Of a DNA stretch of 64,000 nucleotides, positions 28,308-37,549 are shown piece by piece. The stretch comes from Planctomycetota bacterium (GTDB lineage Bacteria > Planctomycetota > GCA-002687715 > DRQF01), in contig JAWKSY010000011.1 of NCBI GenBank assembly GCA_041402125.1, forward strand, positions 5,977 to 69,976, written 5' to 3'. Within the stretch, counting starts at the first letter, position 1. The number at the start of each line of letters is the position of its first letter. A program made the position numbers and the translations under genes. The notes under the pieces are model-generated. The model ran no database searches, was not told the DNA's origin, and saw nothing but the letters and a program-made list of their open reading frames with translations.

Positions 28308-29249
28308 ATGACCCGACCCGACCGATCGATGACCGCCCTGACCGCGGGGGGGATCGCGCTCCTGATCCTCGCCCTGGTGGGCGATCTCGCGGCCCAAGGG
28401 CCGCAGGAGAAGAAGCAGGCGAAGCCGCCGGCGAAGGAGGCCCCTTCCAAGGCGCCGAAGAAGCCCGTGCGTCCGACGCGCGCCTGGGGGCTCGACTGGT
28501 ACGCGACCGTCGATCCGGCCCTCATCGAGGCGCGCCGTCGCAGCGCCGCGAGCCCGAAGGACCCGAAGCTCGTCCTCTGGGTCCGGATCCTCGGCGAACT
28601 CGCGGGGAAGGCCTGAAGTGCCGGCCACTGCCTGAGAACCGTGACGTTCTCGAACGACGCCCTGGCGAAGCGACTGAAGCGCGAAACCGTCCTCGTCTGG
28701 GAGGACATCACCGGCGAGGAGGCGGCCGGCTCGTCCTTCGCGCATGGGCCGAAGGATCCCGCGAACCACTGCGTCACCGGCGCCGGCGACCACAACGTCC
28801 AGATCCTGCTCCTCGACGAGTGGGGTCGAATCCTCGACGCCGTCGCGGGCTTCCGTAGCGCGGAGGACCTGATCGAGGAGCTCGACCTCTCCCGGGCGCT
28901 GCGACGCGCGATCGAGGGGCAGAAGGCCGGGTCGGCGGAGGAGATCGTCCGCGTGCGCCACGAGAAGGAAGCGAAGGAGGACGCCGAGGACGATTCCGGC
29001 GGCGTCTTCCGCGAGCTGCGCCGCATGGGCAAGACGCGCGACCACCGCTTCTGCGCGCGGAATCCGCTGCTCGCGCACGGGAAGTTCCGCACCGAGGATC
29101 TCGTGGGCCGGGGCCGATCTTTCTTCGGATCCTCGACCGGCGGGGTGCCGAAGGAGAAGATCGGGAAGGATCAGGGCGGCGAGCTCGACGAGTCTCTCCC
29201 CGAGGAGATCCGCGAGATCCTGCGCGGCGAGAAGGAGAAGAAGAAGTGA
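28308..29249 (+). CDS. Signal-anchored thioredoxin-fold protein. Candidate selenoprotein, with the in-frame TGA at 28614-28616 read as Sec.
   Basis: ATG preceded by GGAGGA. Track ORFs 27996..28616 and 28641..29249 are in the same phase, with 8 sense codons between them. Read-through gives ...DWYATVDPALIEARRR...KLVLWVRILGELAGKA-U-SAGHC-LRTVTFSNDALAKRLKRETVLVWEDI...ILLLDEWGRIL. This looks like a Thioredoxin_7/DUF255-like layout, and the split falls exactly at the active-site position. Confidence 0.45.
28634..28651 (+). promoter_or_regulatory. SECIS-like hairpin downstream of the UGA at 28614-28616
   Basis: GAGAAC-CGUGAC-GUUCUC, a 6-bp perfect stem with a 6-nt loop. The stem starts 17 nt after the UGA. 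The alternative GTG start (28641) lies inside the loop. Confidence 0.35.
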
Positions 29250-29842
29250 GACCGCGGGTCGACGAGCGAGGACGCACCGGCGCGATGCCGCGCGAGGAGG
29301 CGCGACTGATCGAGCTCCTCCGCAGCGGGGATCTCGCCGCGCTCGACCACCTCGTCGCCCGCTACGCGGAGGGACTGGGGGCCTACCTGGGGCGGATCGT
29401 CCCCGACCCGAATCGCGTCGAGGACATCGTCCACGACACCTTCATCAAGGTCTTCGAGAACCCCCAGGGCCTCGCCGAGGTGGGCTCCCTGACGGCCTGG
29501 GTCTTCCGCGTCGCCCGCAACCAGGCGCTCGACCGCGTGCGCCGAACCGCCCGCCGCGAGCGGCTGCGCCGCCTCTGGGGCGGCAACCGGGCTCCGACGC
29601 CGGAACCGCACGAGGGTCTCCTCCGCCGCGAGGCGGAGGCGGCCTTCGACCGCGCCCTCGCCGAACTCCCCGAGGTCTTCCGCACCGCCTTCCTGCTGCG
29701 CGAGGTGGAGGATCTCAGCTACGAACAGATCGCGGCCATCCTCGGCTGCAACGAGAAGACCGTCTCCTCGCGCCTGAATCGCGCGCGCCGCCGACTCCGC
29801 GAACGCCTCGCGCCCTTCCTCGACGAGGAGGACGCACGATGA
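29246..29842 (+). CDS. ECF-type RNA polymerase sigma-70 factor
   Basis: Region 2 (VEDIVHDTFIKVF, WVFRVARNQALDRVR) and region 4 (FLLREVEDLSYEQIAAILGCNEKTVSSRLNRARRRLRE). The GTG at 29246 overlaps the upstream stop. An internal ATG at 29285 is an alternative start. Confidence 0.85.
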   Translation: MRPRVDERGRTGAMPREEARLIELLRSGDLAALDHLVARYAEGLGAYLGRIVPDPNRVEDIVHDTFIKVFENPQGLAEVGSLTAWVFRVARNQALDRVRRTARRERLRRLWGGNRAPTPEPHEGLLRREAEAAFDRALAELPEVFRTAFLLREVEDLSYEQIAAILGCNEKTVSSRLNRARRRLRERLAPFLDEEDAR

Positions 29843-30819
29843 GGACTCCCTTCTGCCGTCAGGTGCGCGAGCACGCCTCGGATCATCGGGACCGCAAGCT
29901 CGGACCGGACGCGGCCTCCCTGATCGACGAACACCTCCGCGTCTGCCCGGACTGCGCCCGCGTCTACGCTCGGGACCGCGCGCTCGCGGACCTCGCCCGC
30001 GCGCGTTTCGCCTCGGAGACCCGGACGGGAAGTGCCCCCTCGCGCCTCGCGGCGCGGATCAAGGGCACGCTGGTCGAGCGCGCCTTCGCTCAGGAGCGGC
30101 CGCGCCCCCTGGCGGAGCGCGCCGCGGCGACGGGACGCGCCTGGGCCCGCTCGCGGGCCGCGGCCGCCGCCGCGGCGGTGCTGCTCGTCGTGTGCGCCTA
30201 CGCGCTCGGGCGCCGGCACGGCGGCGCGTCGGCGGTGCGACCGCCGGAGGACGATCGCGCGCCGGCCGCCGGCCTCGTCGCTCGCGACGAGATCGGATCC
30301 CGGCCGACGCCGCGAGAGGTCGAGGTCGCACCGCCCGTCCGACCACACCCGGAGCCCGTCGCCCCGGAAGCGGCGCCGCCCGGAACCGGAACCGACGGGG
30401 CGATCGCGCGCGCGATCTCGGAGCCCCGGCCCGATGCGCCCGCTCCCGGAGCGGCGGGAGGAGAGGTGGTGCGTGACGCACGGGCCAGTGCGGCGCTCCT
30501 GCCGCCCGAGATCTTCCGACTCGTGGAGGAACTCGGTGCCCTCGACGCCCTCGAAACGGCCCTGCGCGAACTCGCGGAGCCCGCCGCGACGGAGGAACCG
30601 GCCGAGCCCGCCTTCGAGCTGGTGTCGGCGCGGACCGGGCGGGACTCGGCACCCTCGAGCCTCGCGGAAGCCCTCCGCTACGCGCTGCGCGGACCGACCG
30701 ACTTCCGCGTCGAGCTGCGGGAGACCCGCCGGACGCCGGATGGCCGACGCGTGATCATCTCGCGGAGCGCCGGCGCCGCGATCTCGGTGTCGATCGCCGC
30801 CTCCTTCGAGTCGCGCTGA
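29839..30819 (+). CDS. Anti-sigma factor with a ZAS-type zinc-finger motif
   Basis: The ATG overlaps the sigma gene stop (ATGA). Motif C6...H32-LRV-C-PD-C (C-x25-H-x3-C-x2-C). One TM segment (AAAAAAVLLVVCAYAL). Pro/Ala-rich C-terminal part. Confidence 0.7.
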   Translation: MRTPFCRQVREHASDHRDRKLGPDAASLIDEHLRVCPDCARVYARDRALADLARARFASETRTGSAPSRLAARIKGTLVERAFAQERPRPLAERAAATGRAWARSRAAAAAAAVLLVVCAYALGRRHGGASAVRPPEDDRAPAAGLVARDEIGSRPTPREVEVAPPVRPHPEPVAPEAAPPGTGTDGAIARAISEPRPDAPAPGAAGGEVVRDARASAALLPPEIFRLVEELGALDALETALRELAEPAATEEPAEPAFELVSARTGRDSAPSSLAEALRYALRGPTDFRVELRETRRTPDGRRVIISRSAGAAISVSIAASFESR

Positions 30820-30912
30820 CCCGCGCCGGGATTTCCCGAATCCCGCCGCGGCCTCGTGCGTCCCGGGGGGGTCGGCCGCGACTCGCGAGTCGGCATCACC
30901 CGGGAGACCACC

Positions 30913-31944
30913 ATGACCGGCATCGGCACGCTCCTCCTCTCGATCGTCCTCGCGACCTCCGGGCCCCGCGAGATCAAGCCCTCGTTCAGCGTCGTCGTCG
31001 CGGCCTGGAACGCGACCCACGTCGTCCTCGCGGACGAGGGCGAGACATTCGACGGCGAGATGACCGTCACGACGAGTCTGAGGGGCGACCTCGCGCCGGG
31101 CGCGACGCTCCGGATCCCCGAACTCGCCGCGCTCGCGCCCGTCGAGCGCCGCCGCACCGTGCCGGGCTGGCTCCCCGAACGGGAGCCGCCGCCGACCGTC
31201 GTCTCGGGACGCCGGGTCCTCCTCTTCCTCGTCCGGACGGAGGAGGGCTGGGCCACCGCGAATCCGCCCGGCGGGATGCGCGAGTCGGCGTGCTGGTTCG
31301 AGGGCGGTCGCGCCTTCGCCTTCGTCCAGCGCATCAATCCGGGACCGGTCGAGCTGATCCCCTGGGGTCCCGACGAGGTGGAGATGTGGCGGGACGTCTT
31401 CCAGGCGCTCGACTGGCGCGACCGCTTCGACGCCGCCCTCGCGATCGAGGCGCCCGCGCGCCGGGCCGAAGCGCTCGCCGGCATGCTGCACCCGCCGAGC
31501 GAGTGGTGGCGAGGGTCGGCCCTGGACGCTCTCGCCGCGATCGGAGACCCGGCGCTGCCCTTCCTCCGCCGCGAGATCGAGGACCTCGAACGCGCCGGCG
31601 CCGCGGTTCCCCCGGACCTCCAGTCGGCGCTCGTCACCGTCGGCGGAGAATCGGTCCGCCCGGATCTCCACGCGATCTTCCGCCGCGAGTCCGCCTTCTG
31701 GCGGACGCGCGCCCCCGAACTGGGCCGCGAGTGGTTTCACGGGGGCGCGGTCCCCTGGCCCGAACAGGTCCGGCTCCGGGATCGCCTGCGCAGCCTCACC
31801 GCCGCGATCGAGACGCTCGCCCGACTCGCCCCCGACGCGGCGATGCGCGAGTCGATCCGCGACTTCGCGTCCTTCTGGCGCGCCCTCCCGCACCTCGAGG
31901 GGCGCACCGACGGATTGCTCGAGGCCTGCGAATCGCATCGCTGA
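30913..31944 (+). CDS. Hypothetical protein with an N-terminal signal/anchor and a HEAT-like helical C-terminal half
   Basis: ATG with GGGAGA upstream. High GC3. The helical repeat-like segment reads ALDALAAIGDPALPFLRREI. I recognise no family. Confidence 0.5.
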   Translation: MTGIGTLLLSIVLATSGPREIKPSFSVVVAAWNATHVVLADEGETFDGEMTVTTSLRGDLAPGATLRIPELAALAPVERRRTVPGWLPEREPPPTVVSGRRVLLFLVRTEEGWATANPPGGMRESACWFEGGRAFAFVQRINPGPVELIPWGPDEVEMWRDVFQALDWRDRFDAALAIEAPARRAEALAGMLHPPSEWWRGSALDALAAIGDPALPFLRREIEDLERAGAAVPPDLQSALVTVGGESVRPDLHAIFRRESAFWRTRAPELGREWFHGGAVPWPEQVRLRDRLRSLTAAIETLARLAPDAAMRESIRDFASFWRALPHLEGRTDGLLEACESHR

Positions 31945-32138
31945 GCTCCTCGCATGCGCGAGAACCGCGATCCGCGGTGAATTCGCGGGCCCCGAAACCG
32001 GTCGAGGTTGACCCCCCGAGCCCAGGAGTCAGGATGTGGGACCGTCCGACGGGCGCGTGAGGACGCGCCGGGGCGGGGACCCCTTCGAGCCGAGCCCGCT
32101 CCCCGCGATCGGCTCTCCCTGACCTGGAGTGGAAGACC

Positions 32139-33023
32139 ATGGCCAAATGGCTGCCCGTGTTTCTCCTCGCCCTCTTCGCGGTGCTGCCGCTCGCGGCATG
32201 CTCGAGCGAGGAGCCCGAGGAGAAGGTGCTGAGTTTCAGCGCCATCCCGGACGAGAAGGACGCGACGAAGTTCGAAGAGAAGTTCGGCAAGGTCGCGGCC
32301 TACCTCGAGAAGCAACTCGGCGTGAAGGTGAAGTACGTCCACGCGACGACCTACGCGGACTCCGTCGAGCAGTTCAAGAACGGCAACATCCAGATGGCCT
32401 GGTTCGGCGGCCTGACGGGGGTCCAGGCCGTGAAGGCGGTGCCGGGCGCACGCGCGATCGCCTACGGCAAGGAGGACCCGAACTACTTCTCCTACTTCAT
32501 CGCGAACGCGGCCACCGGCCTCGAGCGGGGCGATGACTATCCCGCGGCCATCAAGGGCAAGAAGTTCACCTTCGGTTCCGCGCAGTCGACCTCGGGTCGG
32601 CTGATGCCCGAGTCCTTCATCCGCGCCAACAACGGCGACGTCGATCCGAAGGATTACTTCGGCGGACTCAACTTCTCCGGCTCGCACGACAAGACCTGCG
32701 AGCTCGTCGCCGCCGGCGAGTGGGAGGTGGGCGCCGTCAGCTACACCACCTACGACAAGCTCGTGAAGGACGGGAAGCTCGACCCGAAGGTCTGCAAGGT
32801 CATCTGGAAGTCCCCGACCTACGCCGACTACAACTTCACCGCGCACCCGATGCTCGAGGAGATGTTCGGCAAGGGCTTCGTCGACAAGCTGCAGAAGGCG
32901 CTGATCGACATGAAGGACCCGGAACTCCTCGCCGCGATCGGCCGCTCGGGCCTGATCAAGGCGAGCAACGCGGACTTCAAGAAGATCGAGGAGACGGCCG
33001 CCAAGCTCGGCTTCCTCGACTGA
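32139..33023 (+). CDS. phnD: Phosphonate/phosphite ABC transporter substrate-binding lipoprotein
   Basis: Lipobox LAAC. FSAIPDE, NGNIQMAWFGGLTG and GSAQSTSGRLMPE are typical of the PhnD family. Confidence 0.85.
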   Translation: MAKWLPVFLLALFAVLPLAACSSEEPEEKVLSFSAIPDEKDATKFEEKFGKVAAYLEKQLGVKVKYVHATTYADSVEQFKNGNIQMAWFGGLTGVQAVKAVPGARAIAYGKEDPNYFSYFIANAATGLERGDDYPAAIKGKKFTFGSAQSTSGRLMPESFIRANNGDVDPKDYFGGLNFSGSHDKTCELVAAGEWEVGAVSYTTYDKLVKDGKLDPKVCKVIWKSPTYADYNFTAHPMLEEMFGKGFVDKLQKALIDMKDPELLAAIGRSGLIKASNADFKKIEETAAKLGFLD

Positions 33024-33811
33024 TGTCCCCGGATCCGGGAGCCTCGTTCGAGCTCCGGAGGGCGACGGTCCGCTTCGGCGCGACCGTCGCCCTTTCCGCC
33101 TGCGACCTCCGCATCGACGCCGGTGAGCGCGTCGCGCTGGTCGGCCCGAGCGGCTCCGGCAAGAGCACCCTTCTCTACCTCCTGAACGCGACGCTGCGCC
33201 CGAGCGAGGGCACGGTCTTCGCGAGCGGACGCGATCTGTCCACGCTCTCCTCCGGCGAGATCCGGAAGATGCGGGCGGGCATCGGTGCGGTCCCGCAGGA
33301 CCTCCGGCTCATCCCGAATCTCCGCGTCGTGCAGAACGTCGTCACGGGACGCACGGGGCGCATGGGCTTCCTCCGCTCGCTGCGCGAGGTCTTCCATCCC
33401 TCGAAGGAGACCGTGCGCGAGGTCTACGGGATCCTCGAACGCGTCGGGATCGCGGAGAAGATCTTCGAACGGACGGACCGGCTCTCCGGCGGACAGCAGC
33501 AGCGCGTGGCGATCGCCCGCGCGCTCTTCCAGCGACCGGGGGCGATCTTGGCCGACGAACCCGTCTCGGCCGTCGACCCGACGCGCGCCCGCGACACCGT
33601 CGAGCTCCTCGGCGAGATCGCGCGGGAGCGCGGCCTGACCCTCGTCGTCAGCCTCCACAACCTCGAGCTCGCGCGCGCCCTCTTCCCGCGCATCGTCGCC
33701 CTCCGCGCCGGGTCGGTCGCCTTCGACCGGCCCGCGGACGAGATCTCCGACGAGGACTTCCGGCGGCTCTACGAGCTCGCCGACCACGAGATGCTCGGCG
33801 ATGGCTGCTGA
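33023..33811 (+). CDS. phnC: Phosphonate ABC transporter ATP-binding protein
   Basis: Walker A GPSGSGKST, signature LSGGQQQRVAIARAL and Walker B ILADEP. The ATG overlaps the phnD stop by 1 nt (TGATG). Confidence 0.85.
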   Translation: MSPDPGASFELRRATVRFGATVALSACDLRIDAGERVALVGPSGSGKSTLLYLLNATLRPSEGTVFASGRDLSTLSSGEIRKMRAGIGAVPQDLRLIPNLRVVQNVVTGRTGRMGFLRSLREVFHPSKETVREVYGILERVGIAEKIFERTDRLSGGQQQRVAIARALFQRPGAILADEPVSAVDPTRARDTVELLGEIARERGLTLVVSLHNLELARALFPRIVALRAGSVAFDRPADEISDEDFRRLYELADHEMLGDGC

Positions 33812-34688
33812 GACCGGAGTCCCCGCGCGTCCCTTCCCGATCCGCTCCCGCGGCGCGGTGCTGATCTCGATCGGCATCGCCGCCGCGCTCGCTTACTCCC
33901 ACCTCGGCCTCGCCCTCGGCGACCTCGTTCCCGATGCCGGCGGCCTGGAGATCGCCCGCGATTTCTTCTCGCGTGCCTTCTCGCCGGCGATGAGCCACGA
34001 GGCGGACTGGGTTCCCGACGGAACCGCCTCCCTGCCGATGCGCGCCCTCCGCGCGATCGGCCGCACCATCGCCTTCGCCTTCGCCGCGATGAGCCTCGCG
34101 CTCTTGATCGGCATCGTCTTCGGCTTCACCTCCTCGACGGCCTGGTGGGCGGGACGCCCCGCCGGCGCCGAGACGGCGCTCGGCCGCTTCCTCCGTCGCG
34201 GCGTCGGTCCCGCCTTCTGGCTCGCGAGCCGGACCTTCATCGTCGTCGTGCGTTCGATCCACGAGCTGCTCTGGGCGCTGCTCTTCCTCGTCTCCTTCGG
34301 ACTGAGCGATCTCGCCGCCGTCCTCTCGATCGCCCTGCCCTACGGCGGCTATCTGGCGAAGATCTTCTCGGAGGTCGTCGACGAGGCCCCGCGGGGGGCC
34401 GCCCAGGCCCTGACCGCGGCCGGCGCGAGCGGGCCCCAGACCTTCCTCTTCGGCCTCGTCGTCCGCTCGCTCCCGGACCTCCTGTCCTATTCGCTCTACC
34501 GCTTCGAGTGCGCGCTGCGCTCCTCGGCGGTGCTCGGCTTCTTCGGCTACTCGACGGTCGGCCTCTTCATCCGACAGTCCTTCCTGTCGAGCTACTACGG
34601 CGAGGTCTGGACCTACCTCTACGTCCTGATCGCGGTCATCCTCGTCTTCGACGTCTGGAGCGGCGCGATCCGCCGGAGGATGGTCTGA
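33801..34688 (+). CDS. phnE: Phosphonate ABC transporter permease
   Basis: Polytopic, with an EAA-like loop (YGGYLAKIFSEVVDEAPRGAAQAL). It follows phnC. Confidence 0.8.
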   Translation: MAAETGVPARPFPIRSRGAVLISIGIAAALAYSHLGLALGDLVPDAGGLEIARDFFSRAFSPAMSHEADWVPDGTASLPMRALRAIGRTIAFAFAAMSLALLIGIVFGFTSSTAWWAGRPAGAETALGRFLRRGVGPAFWLASRTFIVVVRSIHELLWALLFLVSFGLSDLAAVLSIALPYGGYLAKIFSEVVDEAPRGAAQALTAAGASGPQTFLFGLVVRSLPDLLSYSLYRFECALRSSAVLGFFGYSTVGLFIRQSFLSSYYGEVWTYLYVLIAVILVFDVWSGAIRRRMV

Positions 34689-35602
34689 TGGAGGCCGCCG
34701 CCCTCGACCGCCGGATCGCCGAGCTCCGCCGCGCGCGCCCGCGCGACCGTTTCGTGCGTGCGAGCCTCGGGCTCCTCGCTCTCGGCCTGGGCGCGAGCTG
34801 GCTCGTCCATCGCTTCTCGTTCGCCGACTTCACCTCGCCGCGTCGCGTCGAGAACTTCGAGCGCTTCCTCACGGAGATCCGCCCCCGCCCCCTGCGCGAC
34901 CGCGCCTGGGACTGGGAGATCTGGCGGAGCTGGGCCGGCGAGGTCATGACGGCGACGGGCTGGGAGTCGGCGGCGGGAACGCTCGGCATCTCGGTCCTCG
35001 CCATCGCGATCGCCGGCATCTTCGGCTACCTCCTGGCCATCCTCGCCGCGCGCACCGTCTGCTCGCCCGAACCCTGGCTGAGGGAGCCCTGTCCGCCGAG
35101 CCCGATCCGCCGGGCGGCCTGGCGCACGCTCTTCCTCGGGGCGCGCCTCGTCCTGATCCTCATGCGGGCGCTGCCCGAGTATCTGATCGCCTTCCTCTTC
35201 GTGTCCTTCATCGCGGGCTCGGCCTGGCCGGGCGTGGTGGCCCTCGCGATCCACAACGCGGGCATCCTCGGCCGCCTGGGTTCGGAGTCGATCGAGAACC
35301 TCCCGCCGCGGACGCTGCGCGGCCTGCGGGGGATCGGCGCGCGCCGACGCCAGATCGCGGCGCTCGGCGTCCTGCCGGTCGCCCTGCCCCGCCTCCTGCT
35401 CTACTTCTTCTACCGCTGGGAGAGCTGCGTGCGGGAGGCGACGGTGCTGGGCTCGCTCGGCTTCGCCTCCCTCGGCTTCGCCATCGCGGACTCGCGCATC
35501 CGCGGCCGCTACGATCAGCTCGTCTTCCTCATCGGCGTGGGCGCGGTGATCGTCCTCGTCGGCGACCTGATCTCGGCCTTCGCCCGCCGCCTCGTCCGCT
35601 GA
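34688..35602 (+). CDS. phnE: Phosphonate ABC transporter permease (second copy)
   Basis: The ATG overlaps the upstream stop (TGATG). Polytopic. The loop HNAGILGRLGSESIENLPPRTLRGL is PhnE-like. Confidence 0.75.
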   Translation: MEAAALDRRIAELRRARPRDRFVRASLGLLALGLGASWLVHRFSFADFTSPRRVENFERFLTEIRPRPLRDRAWDWEIWRSWAGEVMTATGWESAAGTLGISVLAIAIAGIFGYLLAILAARTVCSPEPWLREPCPPSPIRRAAWRTLFLGARLVLILMRALPEYLIAFLFVSFIAGSAWPGVVALAIHNAGILGRLGSESIENLPPRTLRGLRGIGARRRQIAALGVLPVALPRLLLYFFYRWESCVREATVLGSLGFASLGFAIADSRIRGRYDQLVFLIGVGAVIVLVGDLISAFARRLVR

Positions 35603-35623
35603 GGCGGCAATCCCGGAAACGCG

Positions 35624-35658
35624 GAAGGGGCCCGGTGCGTCGCGCACCGGGCCCCTTC
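35624..35658. terminator. Strong hairpin between convergent genes (bidirectional terminator-like)
   Basis: GAAGGGGCCCGGTGCG-tcg-CGCACCGGGCCCCTTC, a 16-bp perfect stem with a 3-nt loop. It lies 22 nt after the phnE stop and 21 nt beyond the stop at 35679. Confidence 0.65.
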
Positions 35659-35678
35659 GCTTCGACCTCGCGAGACGT

Positions 35679-37064
35679 TCAGCGCTTCTGCGCGACGTCG
35701 CCCTCCTCGGGCTCGCCCTTCGTGATCGCGATCGTCACCAGCTTGCCGACGACCTCGCGCACCGTGCCGGAGCCGCGGTAGACGTCCCCCCGCGCGAAGA
35801 CGACCTCGTCGCCCACCGCGAAGCCGCGGGCGCTCTGGAGGAAGGCCAGGTTCCGGTCCGTGTCGACCGCGATGAGCGGCGCCGTGATCGGCCGGGCGCC
35901 GGCGCCCTCGACCTCCATCACGCGGACCTTCGCCGCGAGAACGAAGTCGCGACCGCTCGGCGTCGAGCCCAGCTCGAACGGCCGGACGAAGACCGTCCCG
36001 CCCTCGCCGGGCAGGACGAGCTCGTTCGACGTCCAGGACTTGTAGTGGACGTCGGGAAGCTGGATGGTCACGTCGGTCTTGTGTCCGCGGACGTCCACCG
36101 TGGTCTCGAACTCGGGGATCGGCTGCGTCAGCCAGGAGCGATCGAGCTGCATGCCGAGGTGGATCCGACCGGTGTCGGGGTCACGCAGGGCCGCGAACTC
36201 GAGCGCGATCCCGTCCTTGACGACGTCGATGATCGGGTCCGCGATCGCCCCGTCGCGGACGTACTCGACCTTGTAGTCGCGGATGTAGGAGACGTTGTTG
36301 GCGATCTCGATCGAGGCCCGCTGCCCCTCGTTGAAGAGGACCTGCGGCGCGGCGATGACCTCGACGCCCTTCATCGCCGTGATCTCGCCGAGCCGAGCAT
36401 CCGCGGTGGCGGCGCTCTCGACGGCGAGGTCCGGGAATCCGGTGATCTCGTTCGCCTCGATCATCCGCACCTCGACGAGGACCTGGGCGCGCTCGGCCTC
36501 GCGGAAGCGCCGGATCTCGGCCTCGGCCCGGGCCAGGGCCTCGCGGTCGCGAGCGTCGATGATGAGGAAGCGTTCGGCCGTGATCGATCGGATCTCGTCA
36601 CTCCGCGTGACGCCCGGAGGCTGGGCCCATCGCACCGCGAGCCCCGCCGTCAAGCGATCGATGAGCTCCGCGCCCTCGACGCCGTCGATCGCGAGCACGC
36701 GGCGACGCAGCCAGTCGTCGGCGAACTCCGGCTCGGGGTAGTCGATCTTCCCGTCGGCGCCGACGGTCAAGGCGCGCGTCTCTCCGATGCGCTTCTCCGC
36801 GCGGATCGCCGAGGGCGAGCGGCGCCGGGCGGCGTTCGCGCGGACCGCGTCCTTCGTCTTCATGCGATCGAAGACGTCGCCGATCGTCGGCACCGCCTTC
36901 TCGTCCTGCGGGGCTTCCTTCCGGAAGACGCCCCCCAGGACGGGCAGATCGCGCAACAGGGGCACGTCGCGCCGCGCCCCCTCGGGCGAATCGTCCTGGG
37001 CGGAGAGGGGGCAGGTGGCCAGCGCCAGCAGCGCCAGCGCGAGGAAGGGGATCGATCTCATCAT
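35679..37064 (-). CDS. Secreted protein with a divergent secretin-like (GspD/PilQ-type) domain
   Basis: The ATG overlaps the anti-sigma stop (ATGA). Signal peptide MMRSIPFLALALLALATCPLSA. VLVEVRMIEANE, VIAAPQVLFNEGQRASIEI and GIALEFAALRDPDTGRIHLGMQL follow the secretin-domain pattern. A DLPVLGGVFR motif sits unusually near the N-terminus. Confidence 0.5.
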   Translation of the reverse strand: MMRSIPFLALALLALATCPLSAQDDSPEGARRDVPLLRDLPVLGGVFRKEAPQDEKAVPTIGDVFDRMKTKDAVRANAARRRSPSAIRAEKRIGETRALTVGADGKIDYPEPEFADDWLRRRVLAIDGVEGAELIDRLTAGLAVRWAQPPGVTRSDEIRSITAERFLIIDARDREALARAEAEIRRFREAERAQVLVEVRMIEANEITGFPDLAVESAATADARLGEITAMKGVEVIAAPQVLFNEGQRASIEIANNVSYIRDYKVEYVRDGAIADPIIDVVKDGIALEFAALRDPDTGRIHLGMQLDRSWLTQPIPEFETTVDVRGHKTDVTIQLPDVHYKSWTSNELVLPGEGGTVFVRPFELGSTPSGRDFVLAAKVRVMEVEGAGARPITAPLIAVDTDRNLAFLQSARGFAVGDEVVFARGDVYRGSGTVREVVGKLVTIAITKGEPEEGDVAQKR

Positions 37065-37549
37065 CGGGACTCCTCGTCGGACATGCGGAGAACGCTCGGC
37101 CGCGGCGCCTGCCAGCGGCCCTCGGTGACCTCGACACGGACGGCACGCTTGCCGACCGCGATGTGACGGACGCGTCGCTCGACGCGGCGGGACTCGACCT
37201 CCGCGATAGCGGAGGGAGCGACGGACTCGGGGGCGAGCTCGGGCGCGGGATCCCCGGAGGGATCGGAGGCTCGCTGCGCGACGACGACGATCAGCAGCGC
37301 CGCGGCGAGGAGGCCGAAGGCCGCCACCCCCGCCCGACGACGGGGCCGCGCGCCCGGAGCGACCCGCGGGCGCGGCGGTACGGCCGCCGGGAGCTCGTAG
37401 AGGAAGACCAGCTCCGGCGCCGCCGCCCGGCAGGCCGCGCAACCGCGGAGGTGTCGACGCAGGAACTCGGGATCCGGCCGGCGACCCGCGTCGTCCGCAT
37501 CGACCATCGCGGCGAAGTCGCGGCAGTCCTTCTCGGTCTCGACGCTCAT
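37061..37549 (-). CDS. Anti-sigma factor with a ZAS-type motif
   Basis: The ATG overlaps the sigma gene stop (ATGA). Motif C9...H33-LRG-C-AA-C. One TM segment (VAAFGLLAAALLIVVVA). Confidence 0.65.
   Translation of the reverse strand: MSVETEKDCRDFAAMVDADDAGRRPDPEFLRRHLRGCAACRAAAPELVFLYELPAAVPPRPRVAPGARPRRRAGVAAFGLLAAALLIVVVAQRASDPSGDPAPELAPESVAPSAIAEVESRRVERRVRHIAVGKRAVRVEVTEGRWQAPRPSVLRMSDEESR

Noticed and set aside
28641-29249. GTG at 28641 as an independent start of a separate 202-aa protein
   Set aside because: There is no Shine-Dalgarno sequence, the GTG lies in the loop of a hairpin, and the product would begin in the middle of a thioredoxin-like fold. It is kept only as the fallback if Sec decoding is refuted.
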